The position numbers were made by a program, and so were the translations under genes. A DNA stretch of 64,000 nucleotides from Phycisphaeraceae bacterium (GTDB lineage Bacteria > Planctomycetota > Phycisphaerae > Phycisphaerales > Phycisphaeraceae): assembly GCA_963674705.1 (NCBI GenBank), contig OY771506.1:3456001-3520000 (forward strand), given 5' to 3'. This document shows positions 10,201-19,367 of this stretch, one piece after another (the first letter of the stretch is position 1; each line of letters begins with the position of its first letter). The notes under the pieces were generated by a model. That model was not told the origin of the DNA. It searched no databases and saw only the letters and a list, made by a program, of their open reading frames with translations.

Positions 10201-11806
10201 CACCGCACTGATCGAGTTATACACGCAGCTCGGTCTGCACGAACGAGCCTTGAGTGCCGTCATGGCAGTCATCGATAAACTGCCCGCCGGTCAGGATGCT
10301 TCGCTGGACCTTGCCATCGGCAATGTTCTCATGCGTAACGACCGTCATCTGGAAGCGCAAGGCCGACTCGCCGCCATTAATGATGATTCGCCTTACTACC
10401 CGTTGGCCCGTATCGCATACGCACAGAGCCAGGCAGCCAGCGGTGACATGACCGCCGCCAAGGCCGAAGTCGCCGCCATGGTGTCCGACCCCGGCTACAG
10501 CCGCAGGTCGATCCCCGTACTGCTAGCGATGGACCCTAAGGATCCAACCGACCGCACGCTGCTGATCGCTGCCGATGATGCAGTCGACACTCAGCAGTTG
10601 CCTTTCGATCTGGCGCAGCGCTGGCTTTCGACGCGACTGCGATTGGCGGACCTGACCGCGGACTGGCAACGCGCTGATGGTGCGCTGGAGCAGATCGCGC
10701 AGACCTCGCGAGACGATCAGGTCACCGCCTTGCGCATCGTGCTTAAGTACCAGCAAGCCAACACCGCCGACGCCTCGAAGCTATTGCGTCAAACGCCCAT
10801 GCTCGAAAGCTCGGCTACCGGCTCGCTGCTCAAGATCACGCTGGCAACCAGGGACCCGGGAGCAGGCCGCGTTCATCCGATGGCCGAAGTCCTGACCGCG
10901 CTGAACCGTGGCGAACCCGAAAGGCTCAAGCAGGTCATGGCTGAATACTACGGCATCCGAACGCTCTTCCTCGACGACCTGCTGACCGCATGCAAGCAGG
11001 GCGAGCAGGCTGACGAAGCACACATCCAGACGTATCGTGACCTCGCCGCTGCGACCGTCGCCATGGAAAGCAATTTGCCCGGCCTTGCCGCCGCTTTGTG
11101 CGACACGGCCCTGAAGCGCACACCCGACAGCCTGCCCGCATTCGCCATTCTCGTCGGTGCGAATATCGAAAACGATGCCGATGCCACCCAATTCATCGAA
11201 CGCGCCAGACAGCTTTCGCCCGATGGTTCGTTGCTGTTGATGATCAACCTGGTTACCAGCACCGCGAAAAAGGATCACGAAAGTGCAATCGTCGCGTTGA
11301 GGCAACTGACAACACGCAACCCGAACGATCCGTACCTGACTTATCAACTGGCTCAGGAACTCGGCGCCGCCGGTCATTATGAAGAAGCGGCAGCGATCTA
11401 CCAGCCCATCACCGAGACGGCCGGGCCTTACCAGATGGCTGCGAAAAACGACCTCGCCTATCTGCGCGCAAAGCAGGGCGGCCAACTCGATAGCGCGATC
11501 ACATTGGCGCGTGAAGTGTATGCCGCGTTGCCCGACGTACCACCCGTGCTGGATACCACCGGCTGGATCGAACACCTGCGCGGCCGCAATCAAGTTGCGC
11601 TCGAGCTGCTGGCAAAAGCAATCCCCAGCCTTTCCGACATCCCCGAAGCGCATTATCACATCGGTGCTGTCTACCACGCCCTCGGCCAGGAACGCTGGGC
11701 CGGCTACCACCTCCAGCAAGCCGCCGCCGCACCCGACGACGAACCCGGCGTCAAAGAAGCAAGAAAACTGCTCGAAGAAGTCAACCAGAACATCGCGCTG
11801 CCTTAG
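7271..11806 (+). CDS. Large tetratricopeptide-repeat lipoprotein (PrsT-like)
   Basis: Lipobox LAGC; many TPR-like helical repeats; C-terminal NDLAY..LDTTGWI..HYHIG; follows exosortase. Confidence 0.8.
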   Translation: MTTFDRKQPQQHTHTLLAGVVLMFCFLALAGCGENDDLKLEQARIALANEKPDRAILLVDQVLVNDPANFDARLIQAKSQIALDRLGPAKLTLDRLQREKADDPQLAEALLDWSTKTLDTVLDNPAFAITQADRETYEEAMQTASAQLPILQKLGGSEADVLFIKAQLTNGELRHARIMIKHTQRMIDQFGPDAVVESATADGQDNPEQEPVTYADQLKQYQAVEENALDRMLSELEGVLKIKPDHLQAASLFLRTAALESRWERLLTQIKAFSEQADLPVPIASRSVTMLLAMPNELIALDERIKLGEAVLRATPADQADAEGRLISSAHLLFASNQVEKALPILAKLVEGGTENANAYMLYAQALYDTGDYETCRKIVEMMMPEMAGVSEVQRLYGLTLWRVGEITQAKTALREACRLDPDNTLAVDAFTSLMAQQGMLSASGEDVEALYKLDPDNPRAILFKLQHAATSGDPQQAVGMIDALENKADHTDEELSLLYTANTMLSRHHAAEQWAKRYIERHPDDQEAWMRLAAAQLRQNSELRLNQTLQAIVERFPGLSSKAQLTGELYLQTQQYERAAASLGMALEDDSDNIKLRIELARAFAAMARFNSAMDEVNKVLNVEPDNIQALALAARITETRGEKAKADEYLSRIDPDNPDVQNDPALLAQVYVSRDQLDDAEAVCTKALAAGNASPVLRLVLADIYQRKNEPERAEEHLVALVRHYPNSAEVYAWLGQFYASAGKFDQGIEKLKSVEVYNESLAILAQAGLLRAANRLDDAIQALDALLDRLISRRDPMAQTVADAMAKLYEQKGDELAAEAVYDRLYRQQAAATSELLGDVITSWDTDSPAQRLTKLDAAATRVPSDDTPAMIELSRRYTLLGRTETALSIVQRALIQAPNNIELLAAKAGILVMTGKPDEALDTYQLAIKQAPSDKTLRIRYARALSANGQRPEAEDELSLLIREGGDASLKARTALIELYTQLGLHERALSAVMAVIDKLPAGQDASLDLAIGNVLMRNDRHLEAQGRLAAINDDSPYYPLARIAYAQSQAASGDMTAAKAEVAAMVSDPGYSRRSIPVLLAMDPKDPTDRTLLIAADDAVDTQQLPFDLAQRWLSTRLRLADLTADWQRADGALEQIAQTSRDDQVTALRIVLKYQQANTADASKLLRQTPMLESSATGSLLKITLATRDPGAGRVHPMAEVLTALNRGEPERLKQVMAEYYGIRTLFLDDLLTACKQGEQADEAHIQTYRDLAAATVAMESNLPGLAAALCDTALKRTPDSLPAFAILVGANIENDADATQFIERARQLSPDGSLLLMINLVTSTAKKDHESAIVALRQLTTRNPNDPYLTYQLAQELGAAGHYEEAAAIYQPITETAGPYQMAAKNDLAYLRAKQGGQLDSAITLAREVYAALPDVPPVLDTTGWIEHLRGRNQVALELLAKAIPSLSDIPEAHYHIGAVYHALGQERWAGYHLQQAAAAPDDEPGVKEARKLLEEVNQNIALP

Positions 11807-11854
11807 CGCTGCGCGTTTGTATAAAAGTACAACTAACCAACCACCTATCCCACG

Positions 11855-13504
11855 CTACCTCGGATTACGCGGATTCCCCGACATTACCTCCGGCATCAAT
11901 GGCGTCGACGTGTTCTCGCTTAATTCAATCGGGATGATCAAGCTGAACGTCGCGCCCTTGCCCGGCACACTATCCAGATCGATCTGCCCTTGTAGCAGTT
12001 GCGCCAGCTCCATGCTGATGGTCAGGCCCAATCCTGTTCCGCCGTGCTCCTTGGTCACGCCAGGATCAAGCTGCACAAACTTATCAAACACTCGGTCCTG
12101 ATCCTCAATCGGGATGCCTGGGCCCGTATCCTTCACGCTGATCCGCACATGCGTCGGTTTCTTACCTTTCTTGGGCTCAACCAAGGCCGCTTCGACACTT
12201 ACCTCACCACTCGGTGGTGTGAACTTCACCGCATTGGCCAGGAAGTTAAACAGGATCTGCTGCAGCTTGCCCGCATCGGTCACCACCTTCGGTAAGTCCG
12301 GCTGCACCTTATGGCGTATCGTGATCTCTCGCTGTTCAGCAAGCGGCCGCATCAGGTTCAGTAATCCCTCAAGCGTATCGCTGATACTCACCGGCCCCGT
12401 ACGCAACTCCATCTTGCCCGCCTCGATCTTCGCCAAATCGAGCAGGTCATTGATCAGGTCCAGCAACCGCCGACTCGAAGTGATGATGTTCGCCGCGTAA
12501 CGCCGACGCTTCTCATCCTTCGGATCGTCTCTGCCCGATAGCGCTTCGCCCAGCACTTCCGCAAAACCGATGATCGAATTCAACGGCGTCCGCAATTCAT
12601 GCGACACGTTCGCCAGGAATTCGCCTTTGATCTTGTTCGCTTCGTAAAGCGCGACGTTCGACTCCGCCAACTCACCCAGCTTCAGGTCCAGGCTCTTGTT
12701 GATCGATCGCAACTGGTCTTGGTTGTTCTTCAGGTTCTCGAGCATGGTGTTGAACATGTCCGAGAGGTTTTGGAACTCGTCGCCGGTGTTGATATCCGAG
12801 CGGATATTCATGTCGCCCTCGGAAACCTTCGCCGCATAACCATGCAACAAACGAACGGGCGAGAGGATGATCCGCGTCGTGATAAACCAGAACGCGCCGA
12901 TCGCCAGCAGGCCCGAGACAAGCCCCGCCGTCACGAGATAGATCACGTTCAACGCACGCTCTTTTGGCGCATCGTCATCACGCAAATGAATCAGCAGCAC
13001 CATCTCAAGCGGGTCCGACAACGCCGATGATCCCACCGTCGGGCTGAAGCCGGCTTCCGTGCCGCCGCGTATGCTGTCCAGGTCCGACTTTCTGATCGCC
13101 CTCGCGTAACGGTAATACGTCTGGCCTTGTGCATCGATCGCCGGCTCGAACATCTCCACACTCTTGGGCCGCGTCTGGAAAAGCTGGACCGCCTTGCTGA
13201 AGAATTCGTCCGATTCCGACTGACGTTCCAACTGATCGTGATAGATGATCGAGACCGCCTTATCCACATCCGGCGGCAACCCGCCGGCGTCCTGCTGGAT
13301 CTCGTTCAACTCCCCGCCGAACCGGATCTCATCCGCCAGCCACCACTCCGCCAGGTCCTGCGCGCGTTGGAACGGCCCACGCTCCACCAGCGCCTGCATG
13401 CGCAACGCGACCACCGTCAGCGCAGCGCTTAGGATCAGCACCACCGCTGCGCCAAACATCAGTTGGCATTTGCTGGCAAGGCTGATCCGTAGGCGTAGCT
13501 GCAT
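11855..13504 (-). CDS. Membrane sensor histidine kinase (2 TM, HAMP, HisKA, HATPase)
   Basis: H box FLANVSHELRTPL; N box NFLANAVKFT; G1 DTGPGI; G2 GGTGLGL. Confidence 0.95.
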   Translation of the reverse strand: MQLRLRISLASKCQLMFGAAVVLILSAALTVVALRMQALVERGPFQRAQDLAEWWLADEIRFGGELNEIQQDAGGLPPDVDKAVSIIYHDQLERQSESDEFFSKAVQLFQTRPKSVEMFEPAIDAQGQTYYRYARAIRKSDLDSIRGGTEAGFSPTVGSSALSDPLEMVLLIHLRDDDAPKERALNVIYLVTAGLVSGLLAIGAFWFITTRIILSPVRLLHGYAAKVSEGDMNIRSDINTGDEFQNLSDMFNTMLENLKNNQDQLRSINKSLDLKLGELAESNVALYEANKIKGEFLANVSHELRTPLNSIIGFAEVLGEALSGRDDPKDEKRRRYAANIITSSRRLLDLINDLLDLAKIEAGKMELRTGPVSISDTLEGLLNLMRPLAEQREITIRHKVQPDLPKVVTDAGKLQQILFNFLANAVKFTPPSGEVSVEAALVEPKKGKKPTHVRISVKDTGPGIPIEDQDRVFDKFVQLDPGVTKEHGGTGLGLTISMELAQLLQGQIDLDSVPGKGATFSLIIPIELSENTSTPLMPEVMSGNPRNPR

Positions 13505-13546
13505 TACGTTAGTTTAACCGCAGTTGACGAGCGACCGCTGTGAACT

Positions 13547-14158
13547 TTAGCCCGGGGGCAGATCGCCCGGATCGATGTCCGGCTGACGGCCCGTGTCGCT
13601 GCGCGTCGTCGCGGCCTTGTTCAGGCCCGGCTTGCGCGTCCCGCCGGCGCCACGCGGCATCGCGATCACACCTGTCCTCGCCAGTTCCACGATCCCGTAA
13701 GGCCTCACCAGATCGACGAATGCTTCCAGTTTGCCTTCCGTGCCGGACAGTTCGATCATCACCTGCTCTTCACTGACATCCACGACCTTCGCGCGGAAGA
13801 CGTTGGCCAGCTCGATCAGCTCATTGCGGTGATGGCGCTGTCCGGGTTCCTTCCCGCTTGTGGATACCTGCACCAGCATCAGGTCACGCTCGACAAAGTC
13901 GACCGTCGAGTAGTCCACGACCTTGACCACCGGCACGAGCTTCGCCAACTGCTTGCGGACCTGTTCGAGCATGGCCGAGTCGCCGTTGACGACGATCGTC
14001 ATGCGAGACAGTTCGGGGTTTTCGGTTCGGCCGACCACAAGCGAGTCGATATTGAATCCGCGTGCCGCGAACATGCCCGCGACTTGGGCGAGCACGCCGG
14101 GTTCATTGGTCACGAGGGCGGCGATCACGTTACGCATAATGGGGGTATCTTCACTCAT
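13547..14158 (-). CDS. ilvN: Acetolactate synthase small (regulatory) subunit
   Basis: NEPGVLAQVAGMFAARGFNIDSL, SRMTIV, ELARTGVIAMPRG. Confidence 0.95.
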   Translation of the reverse strand: MSEDTPIMRNVIAALVTNEPGVLAQVAGMFAARGFNIDSLVVGRTENPELSRMTIVVNGDSAMLEQVRKQLAKLVPVVKVVDYSTVDFVERDLMLVQVSTSGKEPGQRHHRNELIELANVFRAKVVDVSEEQVMIELSGTEGKLEAFVDLVRPYGIVELARTGVIAMPRGAGGTRKPGLNKAATTRSDTGRQPDIDPGDLPPG

Positions 14159-14302
14159 AACCGGGCATCATATGTTCGAGCGGCCCGGACCCCAAATCGG
14201 ACGGCTTGGGATGATATTTTCTTGCTCGCCAAAGTCGTAACAATCGGCTGACAAAAGCGTTGTCGCTCTGATGTCGGGTCGAGCGATCCGCCCTGAGCGG
14301 GC

Positions 14303-14534
14303 TGTGGAAAACGTGTGGGAAAGCCTGCAACGGGTGGGGGGGCAGATTACTCACAGGTGCTTAAAAGACATGGATTCAAAGCGATTGAGTAAAATCGGCC
14401 CGAATCCCGTTTATCGTTGTTTTAGATGCAGTAACGACTTGCATAAAACAGATGGCAATATCCGAATAGTTAATGGCGTTAAGGCTCTATTTCTTGGCCC
14501 ATGCATAGGCAGCGCCTTTCCACGTTGTGGAAAA
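14303..14534. promoter_or_regulatory. Cluster of DnaA-box-like 9-mers around an AT-richer core; candidate replication origin
   Basis: TGTGGAAAA 14303-14311, TGTGGGAAA 14314-14322, TTACTCACA 14347-14355, CTTTCCACG 14516-14524, TGTGGAAAA 14526-14534 in a 420 bp intergenic gap. Confidence 0.45.
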
Positions 14535-14578
14535 GGTGCGGGCTGATCATTAAACCATTGTTAAATATGAGCGTTAAG

Positions 14579-16354
14579 TTAGTGAATGAACCGCATGTCG
14601 CCGAAGTTCGGGATCACGCGGTACCCGTCTGTCTTCCACGCGTACGGGGCTGGGAAGTACACGAAAAACGCTCGGCCCATCATTAATTCACCCGGCACGA
14701 CACCATCTCGACTGGTGTCATTGAGGGCCTTGCCGAAGTAACGTTGACGCACCCATAACGCGTTCGGATCGTTCGGCGGCATCGGCTCCCAGTACCGACC
14801 GTCGCTGCTGAGCGGGTTGTTGTCGCCGATGCAGAAGTATTCGTTGTCATACAGCCGCATCGGGATGAAGTCTCGCAGATCGACCTCGCCCACGGCATTA
14901 CGATTGATACCGCCACGGGCTTCAGCCCCGCCTTTTTCAAGCTCCATTTCACTGGCGTAGTACAGGTCACGATCCAGTTCGACCTGGTGAAGCGTCGCCG
15001 CGCCACCACTCAGATCGATCTGAATGCGTGGTCGCTTCTGTGGCATCGGCCGATCGATCAACTGCTCAAACGTCAAATCAGAGTCGTACACATAGCGAAG
15101 CTCACGCCGGCCGTTGATCCAGACACTCAGTTCCTGATCCACAGACCAGAACTCGATTGTCGTCGCACCCGAACCGTCCAGCGGACGCGTTTTTTGCGGC
15201 TCCATCAGCTTGACCACGGTATTGGTCAGCGGATCGATCGTACTAAGCGTGATGGTCCCGTCCGGATCAACCTTCGCGATGACGGTTTGTGTCGGGCCGG
15301 TCAACCGCGTCTGCGTGGTGAATTGGATGGATGTGTCAGCGTTTTCAGATTCCAGCGACGCGGCGATGCGGATGTCCTCGATCTGGTCCGAGTACATCGT
15401 GCTGTCCAGTTGGTTGTACGCGTAAATACTGGCAAGGCTTGTGTTCCCGCCACGGTTGAAGTCGAACGCGATTGTTCCTTCGCCACCTGCAAATGCGTAG
15501 CTGCGTCGGTTCTCAAGCTCCCACTGACCCTCGGCCACGACCCACGGCACCTCCCAGCGGTGGTTGGCGTTTCGCTCGCCCGGACCCTGCAATTCTCCGT
15601 GATCCCGCGGAATGTACTGGCTGTGATAGATCGGCTGCCACACCGCTCGCTGGACCTTCGGCGAATCACCCTTACGCGCGATGTGCCAAAGCTTTTCGCC
15701 TTCCTTCTGGTAGTAAACATTCCCGTCCAGCAGGCGGATGGACTCATTCGGCAAACCGATCAACCGCTTGATGTAGTTTGTCTCCGGCTGTTGGGGGGCT
15801 TTGAACACCACCACATCCCACCTCCTGGGTTCGGAAACCTGGTAGATATACTTGTGCACCAGGATACGGTCGCCGGGCCCGTATCGGTAGAAGTTCGTCT
15901 TCGGGTTCGTCATGTCGATGTTGTAATTGCACATCGGACAGGCTACGCCGTGTTCCCAACGTGCTTTACGAACGATCTGTCCGCTGGTGTTTCGTTGAGG
16001 CGGGTGACTGTCAGCACTGAAGTTGACCTTGAATTCGTACCCGCACTGCTCGCACTCGACCGTGTAATGCGCTCCCAGCAGGGTCGGGGCCATCGATCCG
16101 GTCGGAATCACGAATGCTTCGACCACGTAGGCCCGGAACACGAACGCCAGGATGAACGCGATGATGATCGACTCGAAGGTTTCTTTGATCGTCTCATCAG
16201 CCGGTGGGGGGGGCTTGGGTTGGGATACGCTCGGTTCCGGCGAGGCCGGGGCTTCTGAGGATTCCGAAGGGTCCGGAGAGGCTGCGGAGTCGGGGTTGGT
16301 TTGCTTCACGAGTGTGCTGGCCCTAATCTTTGTTGCATGATGCCGGTCAACCAT
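14579..16354 (-). CDS. lepB: Signal peptidase I, long planctomycete type with CxxC insert; start uncertain
   Basis: FVIPTGSMAPTL (Ser), YIKRLIGLP (Lys), GDNNPLSSDGRYW; CEQC and CPMC. Confidence 0.92.
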   Translation of the reverse strand: MVDRHHATKIRASTLVKQTNPDSAASPDPSESSEAPASPEPSVSQPKPPPPADETIKETFESIIIAFILAFVFRAYVVEAFVIPTGSMAPTLLGAHYTVECEQCGYEFKVNFSADSHPPQRNTSGQIVRKARWEHGVACPMCNYNIDMTNPKTNFYRYGPGDRILVHKYIYQVSEPRRWDVVVFKAPQQPETNYIKRLIGLPNESIRLLDGNVYYQKEGEKLWHIARKGDSPKVQRAVWQPIYHSQYIPRDHGELQGPGERNANHRWEVPWVVAEGQWELENRRSYAFAGGEGTIAFDFNRGGNTSLASIYAYNQLDSTMYSDQIEDIRIAASLESENADTSIQFTTQTRLTGPTQTVIAKVDPDGTITLSTIDPLTNTVVKLMEPQKTRPLDGSGATTIEFWSVDQELSVWINGRRELRYVYDSDLTFEQLIDRPMPQKRPRIQIDLSGGAATLHQVELDRDLYYASEMELEKGGAEARGGINRNAVGEVDLRDFIPMRLYDNEYFCIGDNNPLSSDGRYWEPMPPNDPNALWVRQRYFGKALNDTSRDGVVPGELMMGRAFFVYFPAPYAWKTDGYRVIPNFGDMRFIH

Positions 16355-16532
16355 CGTCCCGTAAGGGTTTACGACAGTGAATCGGCGGATTGTAACGGCA
16401 TCCGGGCGATGATGCCGACGTTTGCCCCCGGGAGACTCGTGGATATCCTCGGATATCCCGGAAGGCATCAAGCGATACCGGTATCATCGGCCGAGGCGGG
16501 CTCCTGAAAACACTACGAGCGGACAGTTAAAC

Positions 16533-17894
16533 ATGTTCCCCCTACCAGCACAGTTCTTCGTCAGCATGATCATCATTGCTGTGGTCGTCCACATGATCCT
16601 GGGGGCGTGTGCGTACCTGATCTTCCTCGAGCGTAAGGTCGCCGCCTGGACGCAGGACCGTATCGGGCCCAACCGGACCAACTTCTCCTTCGGCCAGGAC
16701 AACATCTGGAAGGCGCTCAAACTCGACTTCATGAACAAATGGTTCTTCTTCGGCCTCGGCCAGGCGCTTGCCGACGGACTGAAGCTGATCTTCAAGGAAG
16801 ACTACACCCCGCCGCACGTCGACAGGCTTCTGTTCTGCCTTGCTCCGGTGCTCGTCGTCGTCCCCGCCATGATCGGCTGGGCCGTCGTCCCGTGGGGCGG
16901 TACGTATGACTTCCCGGGCCTGACGCTGTTCGGCGGGGAAATCGCCCAGGCCGGCCAAGTCGTCGTCGCAGTGGCCCCGATCTCCATCGGTGTGATCTTC
17001 ATGCTCGCCGTCTCCTCGCTGGCGGTTTACGGCGTCGTCCTCGGTGCGTACGCTTCCAACAACAAGTACTCCTTCCTCGGCGGCTTGCGTGCGACCGCAC
17101 AGATGCTCAGCTACGAAATCCCGATGGGCGTGTGCGTCCTCGTCGCCATCCTCTGCTTCCGCTCAAGCGACACGACGATCATCGTCAACCAACAGGCCGG
17201 CGGCGCGTGGGGCATCTTCATGCACCCGCTGCTGGCCGTGATCTTCTTCACCTGCGTGCTCGCCGAATGCAACCGCGCCCCGTTCGACCTCGCGGAAGCC
17301 GAGCAGGAACTGGTCGGTGGCTTCCACACCGAATACAGCTCGATGAAGTGGGCACTGTTCTTCCTCGCAGAATACATGCACATGATCACCGGTTCCGCAT
17401 TCTTCACCATCCTCTTCCTGGGCGGTTGGGACATCGCACCATTTGCCAGCTACAGCGGATACGAACTGCTCCCGACGCTCGCGGGCGGCGATCAGCCGTG
17501 GCTCTTCTTCGGCGAAGGCGGCCAGCCCTGGTGGATGGCGCTACTGATCGTCTTCATCAAGTTCAACGTCTTCGTCGGCAAGATCACGACGCTGCTTTTC
17601 ATCATGATGTGGATTCGCTGGACGCTGCCCCGCTTCCGCTTCGACCAACTCATGAAACTCGCATGGCGCGGCCTGATCCCCATCACCATCGCGGTCATGC
17701 TCGCCACAGGTATCATGATTTTCGTCAAGATCGACCCGATCAAGTACTGGTGGGCCTACACGCTGGCAAACATCGGCATCGGCATTGCCGCCGCCATGAT
17801 CGGCCCATACCTGCCGGGCCCGAACGTCAACCGACGAATCCCCCTGGAAGGCTCCCGCTTCAATCCACCCGTCAAAGCACAACCCGGCAGTTGA
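16533..17894 (+). CDS. nuoH: NADH-quinone oxidoreductase subunit H
   Basis: ERKVAAWTQDRIGPN, ADGLKLIFKED, NRAPFDLAEAEQELVGGFHTEYSS, RWTLPRFRFDQLM. Confidence 0.97.
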   Translation: MFPLPAQFFVSMIIIAVVVHMILGACAYLIFLERKVAAWTQDRIGPNRTNFSFGQDNIWKALKLDFMNKWFFFGLGQALADGLKLIFKEDYTPPHVDRLLFCLAPVLVVVPAMIGWAVVPWGGTYDFPGLTLFGGEIAQAGQVVVAVAPISIGVIFMLAVSSLAVYGVVLGAYASNNKYSFLGGLRATAQMLSYEIPMGVCVLVAILCFRSSDTTIIVNQQAGGAWGIFMHPLLAVIFFTCVLAECNRAPFDLAEAEQELVGGFHTEYSSMKWALFFLAEYMHMITGSAFFTILFLGGWDIAPFASYSGYELLPTLAGGDQPWLFFGEGGQPWWMALLIVFIKFNVFVGKITTLLFIMMWIRWTLPRFRFDQLMKLAWRGLIPITIAVMLATGIMIFVKIDPIKYWWAYTLANIGIGIAAAMIGPYLPGPNVNRRIPLEGSRFNPPVKAQPGS

Positions 17895-17916
17895 GTACTT
17901 ACATGCAACACCACTT

Positions 17917-17947
17917 AGCCCGACCATCCTGGTCGGGTTATTTATTT
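17917..17947 (+). terminator. Intrinsic terminator after nuoH
   Basis: TAGCCCGACC-ATCCT-GGTCGGGTTA followed by TTTATTT. Confidence 0.7.
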
Positions 17948-17972
17948 GGCGAGTAGGCAGATCTCTATATTT

Positions 17973-18077
17973 TAATCGCTAATCGCTAATCTTTAATCGC
18001 TGATGTGCCGGCAATGAAAACGATCGCCGAATGTGAAGTATCCACATTAACGATTAGCGATTAACGATCAACGATTT
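17973..18077. repeat. Inverted pair of heptamer arrays (TAATCGC)x4 / (RCGATTA)x4
   Basis: Degenerate units at 17973-18000 and reverse-complement units at 18050-18077, between convergent genes. Confidence 0.8.
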
Positions 18078-18092
18078 AAAATCAGCAATCAA

Positions 18093-18611
18093 TCACTTCC
18101 CCTCATCACCCTTATCCTGGCGATAAAGGTCGAGGTAGAACTCCAGCAGGTCTTTGCCGTGCATGCTCTTGGTGCGTGTGTGCTGGAAACCGACGTGATC
18201 GAACAGCCCGACCGCCGCGTCTTTCTCGAAGCGTGTATCAAGTCGGATCTTCAGGTACCCGTGATGCTTGCAGTGTGCTAAGGCCACTTCCAGCAGCCGC
18301 GCCGCGATCGGTGAATCATGATGCCCCGGCTCGACGCGCAACCGGCGCACCTCCGCCGTGTGCGCCTCGTCACTGGCAACCCCGATCATCCCGACGACCT
18401 TGCCGTCCACCTCCGCGATCCAGAAGTGGTGGCGATCGCTGTCGAAGTACGCTTCACGCAGGTTGTCGATGTCAGCTCCGGAATCATTGGGCGCGACCTG
18501 GCCGGCAAGACGGCCGTGGTCATACAGGTGAAACACAGCTTGGTGATCCCGGTCTTCAAACGTCCTGACAATCAGGTTCGAGTATGCGTTGTCTGATCGC
18601 GGATCGGTCAT
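18093..18611 (-). CDS. GNAT family N-acetyltransferase
   Basis: FWIAEVDGKVVGMIG, AEVRRLRV, IRLDT..AVGLF..VGF. Confidence 0.88.
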   Translation of the reverse strand: MTDPRSDNAYSNLIVRTFEDRDHQAVFHLYDHGRLAGQVAPNDSGADIDNLREAYFDSDRHHFWIAEVDGKVVGMIGVASDEAHTAEVRRLRVEPGHHDSPIAARLLEVALAHCKHHGYLKIRLDTRFEKDAAVGLFDHVGFQHTRTKSMHGKDLLEFYLDLYRQDKGDEGK

Positions 18612-18692
18612 AGAAAGCCATCCCTGCGGCGTTCGACCTCCAACAGCCGAACGCCTCTTTTCTGCGCACCCTATTGTAACACTACTGACGGT

Positions 18693-19223
18693 TTAGCGAG
18701 CCCCGACGTTGAGAAAGGTTAATTCATCTTTGTCAGTGTCGAGAACCGCGACCGTATATCGATGGGCCCTGCACAGCGCCCCGGGGTTGATCACCCGTGT
18801 ATCCCCGGACCTTGTATCCGATGCCTGATGCGTGTGCCCGTGGCACAGATAACGCACCGGTTTTGCCAGTTCCTGCTTCATCACGCTCGCCTGGTGCCCG
18901 TGGCAGAACGCCAACTCACCGCCTCCCACGTCCAGATGCCCAACAGGATGATCGATGACCATCCCCAAGTGCTCCGCATAATCACCTAACGCCTTGGCAT
19001 CCCAGTCTGTATTGCCGAAAACCAGGTGCGTCGGGATCGCCTCACCAGCCCCGGGGCGCTGCACAGCCAACTCGTCGATCACCTCTACGGTGCCGACGTC
19101 TCCCAGATGAATGAGCACATCGATCCCCTCGCCCAGCAGGGCTTGAACGCCCAGACGGGTAGTCACGGCTCGACCGTGCGAATCAGACAGCAGACCGATC
19201 CTTGGCAAATCGGAAATCCCCAT
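18693..19223 (-). CDS. YfcE-like metallophosphoesterase
   Basis: LSDSHG, HLGDV, FGNTD, CHGH, HGHTH, INPGA. Confidence 0.9.
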   Translation of the reverse strand: MGISDLPRIGLLSDSHGRAVTTRLGVQALLGEGIDVLIHLGDVGTVEVIDELAVQRPGAGEAIPTHLVFGNTDWDAKALGDYAEHLGMVIDHPVGHLDVGGGELAFCHGHQASVMKQELAKPVRYLCHGHTHQASDTRSGDTRVINPGALCRAHRYTVAVLDTDKDELTFLNVGAR

Positions 19224-19367
19224 ACAACGATCACAAGCCGATATTCTAGAAGTGTACCGTACAATCTGTCCGGGGAAAACCCCTGTCCCGAGTTTTTTCC
19301 ACACCTCCGCCGTCAAACCGCTATGCTTTTGGCCTGTAGAGACTTCGTACCAACGCAGGATGGACCC

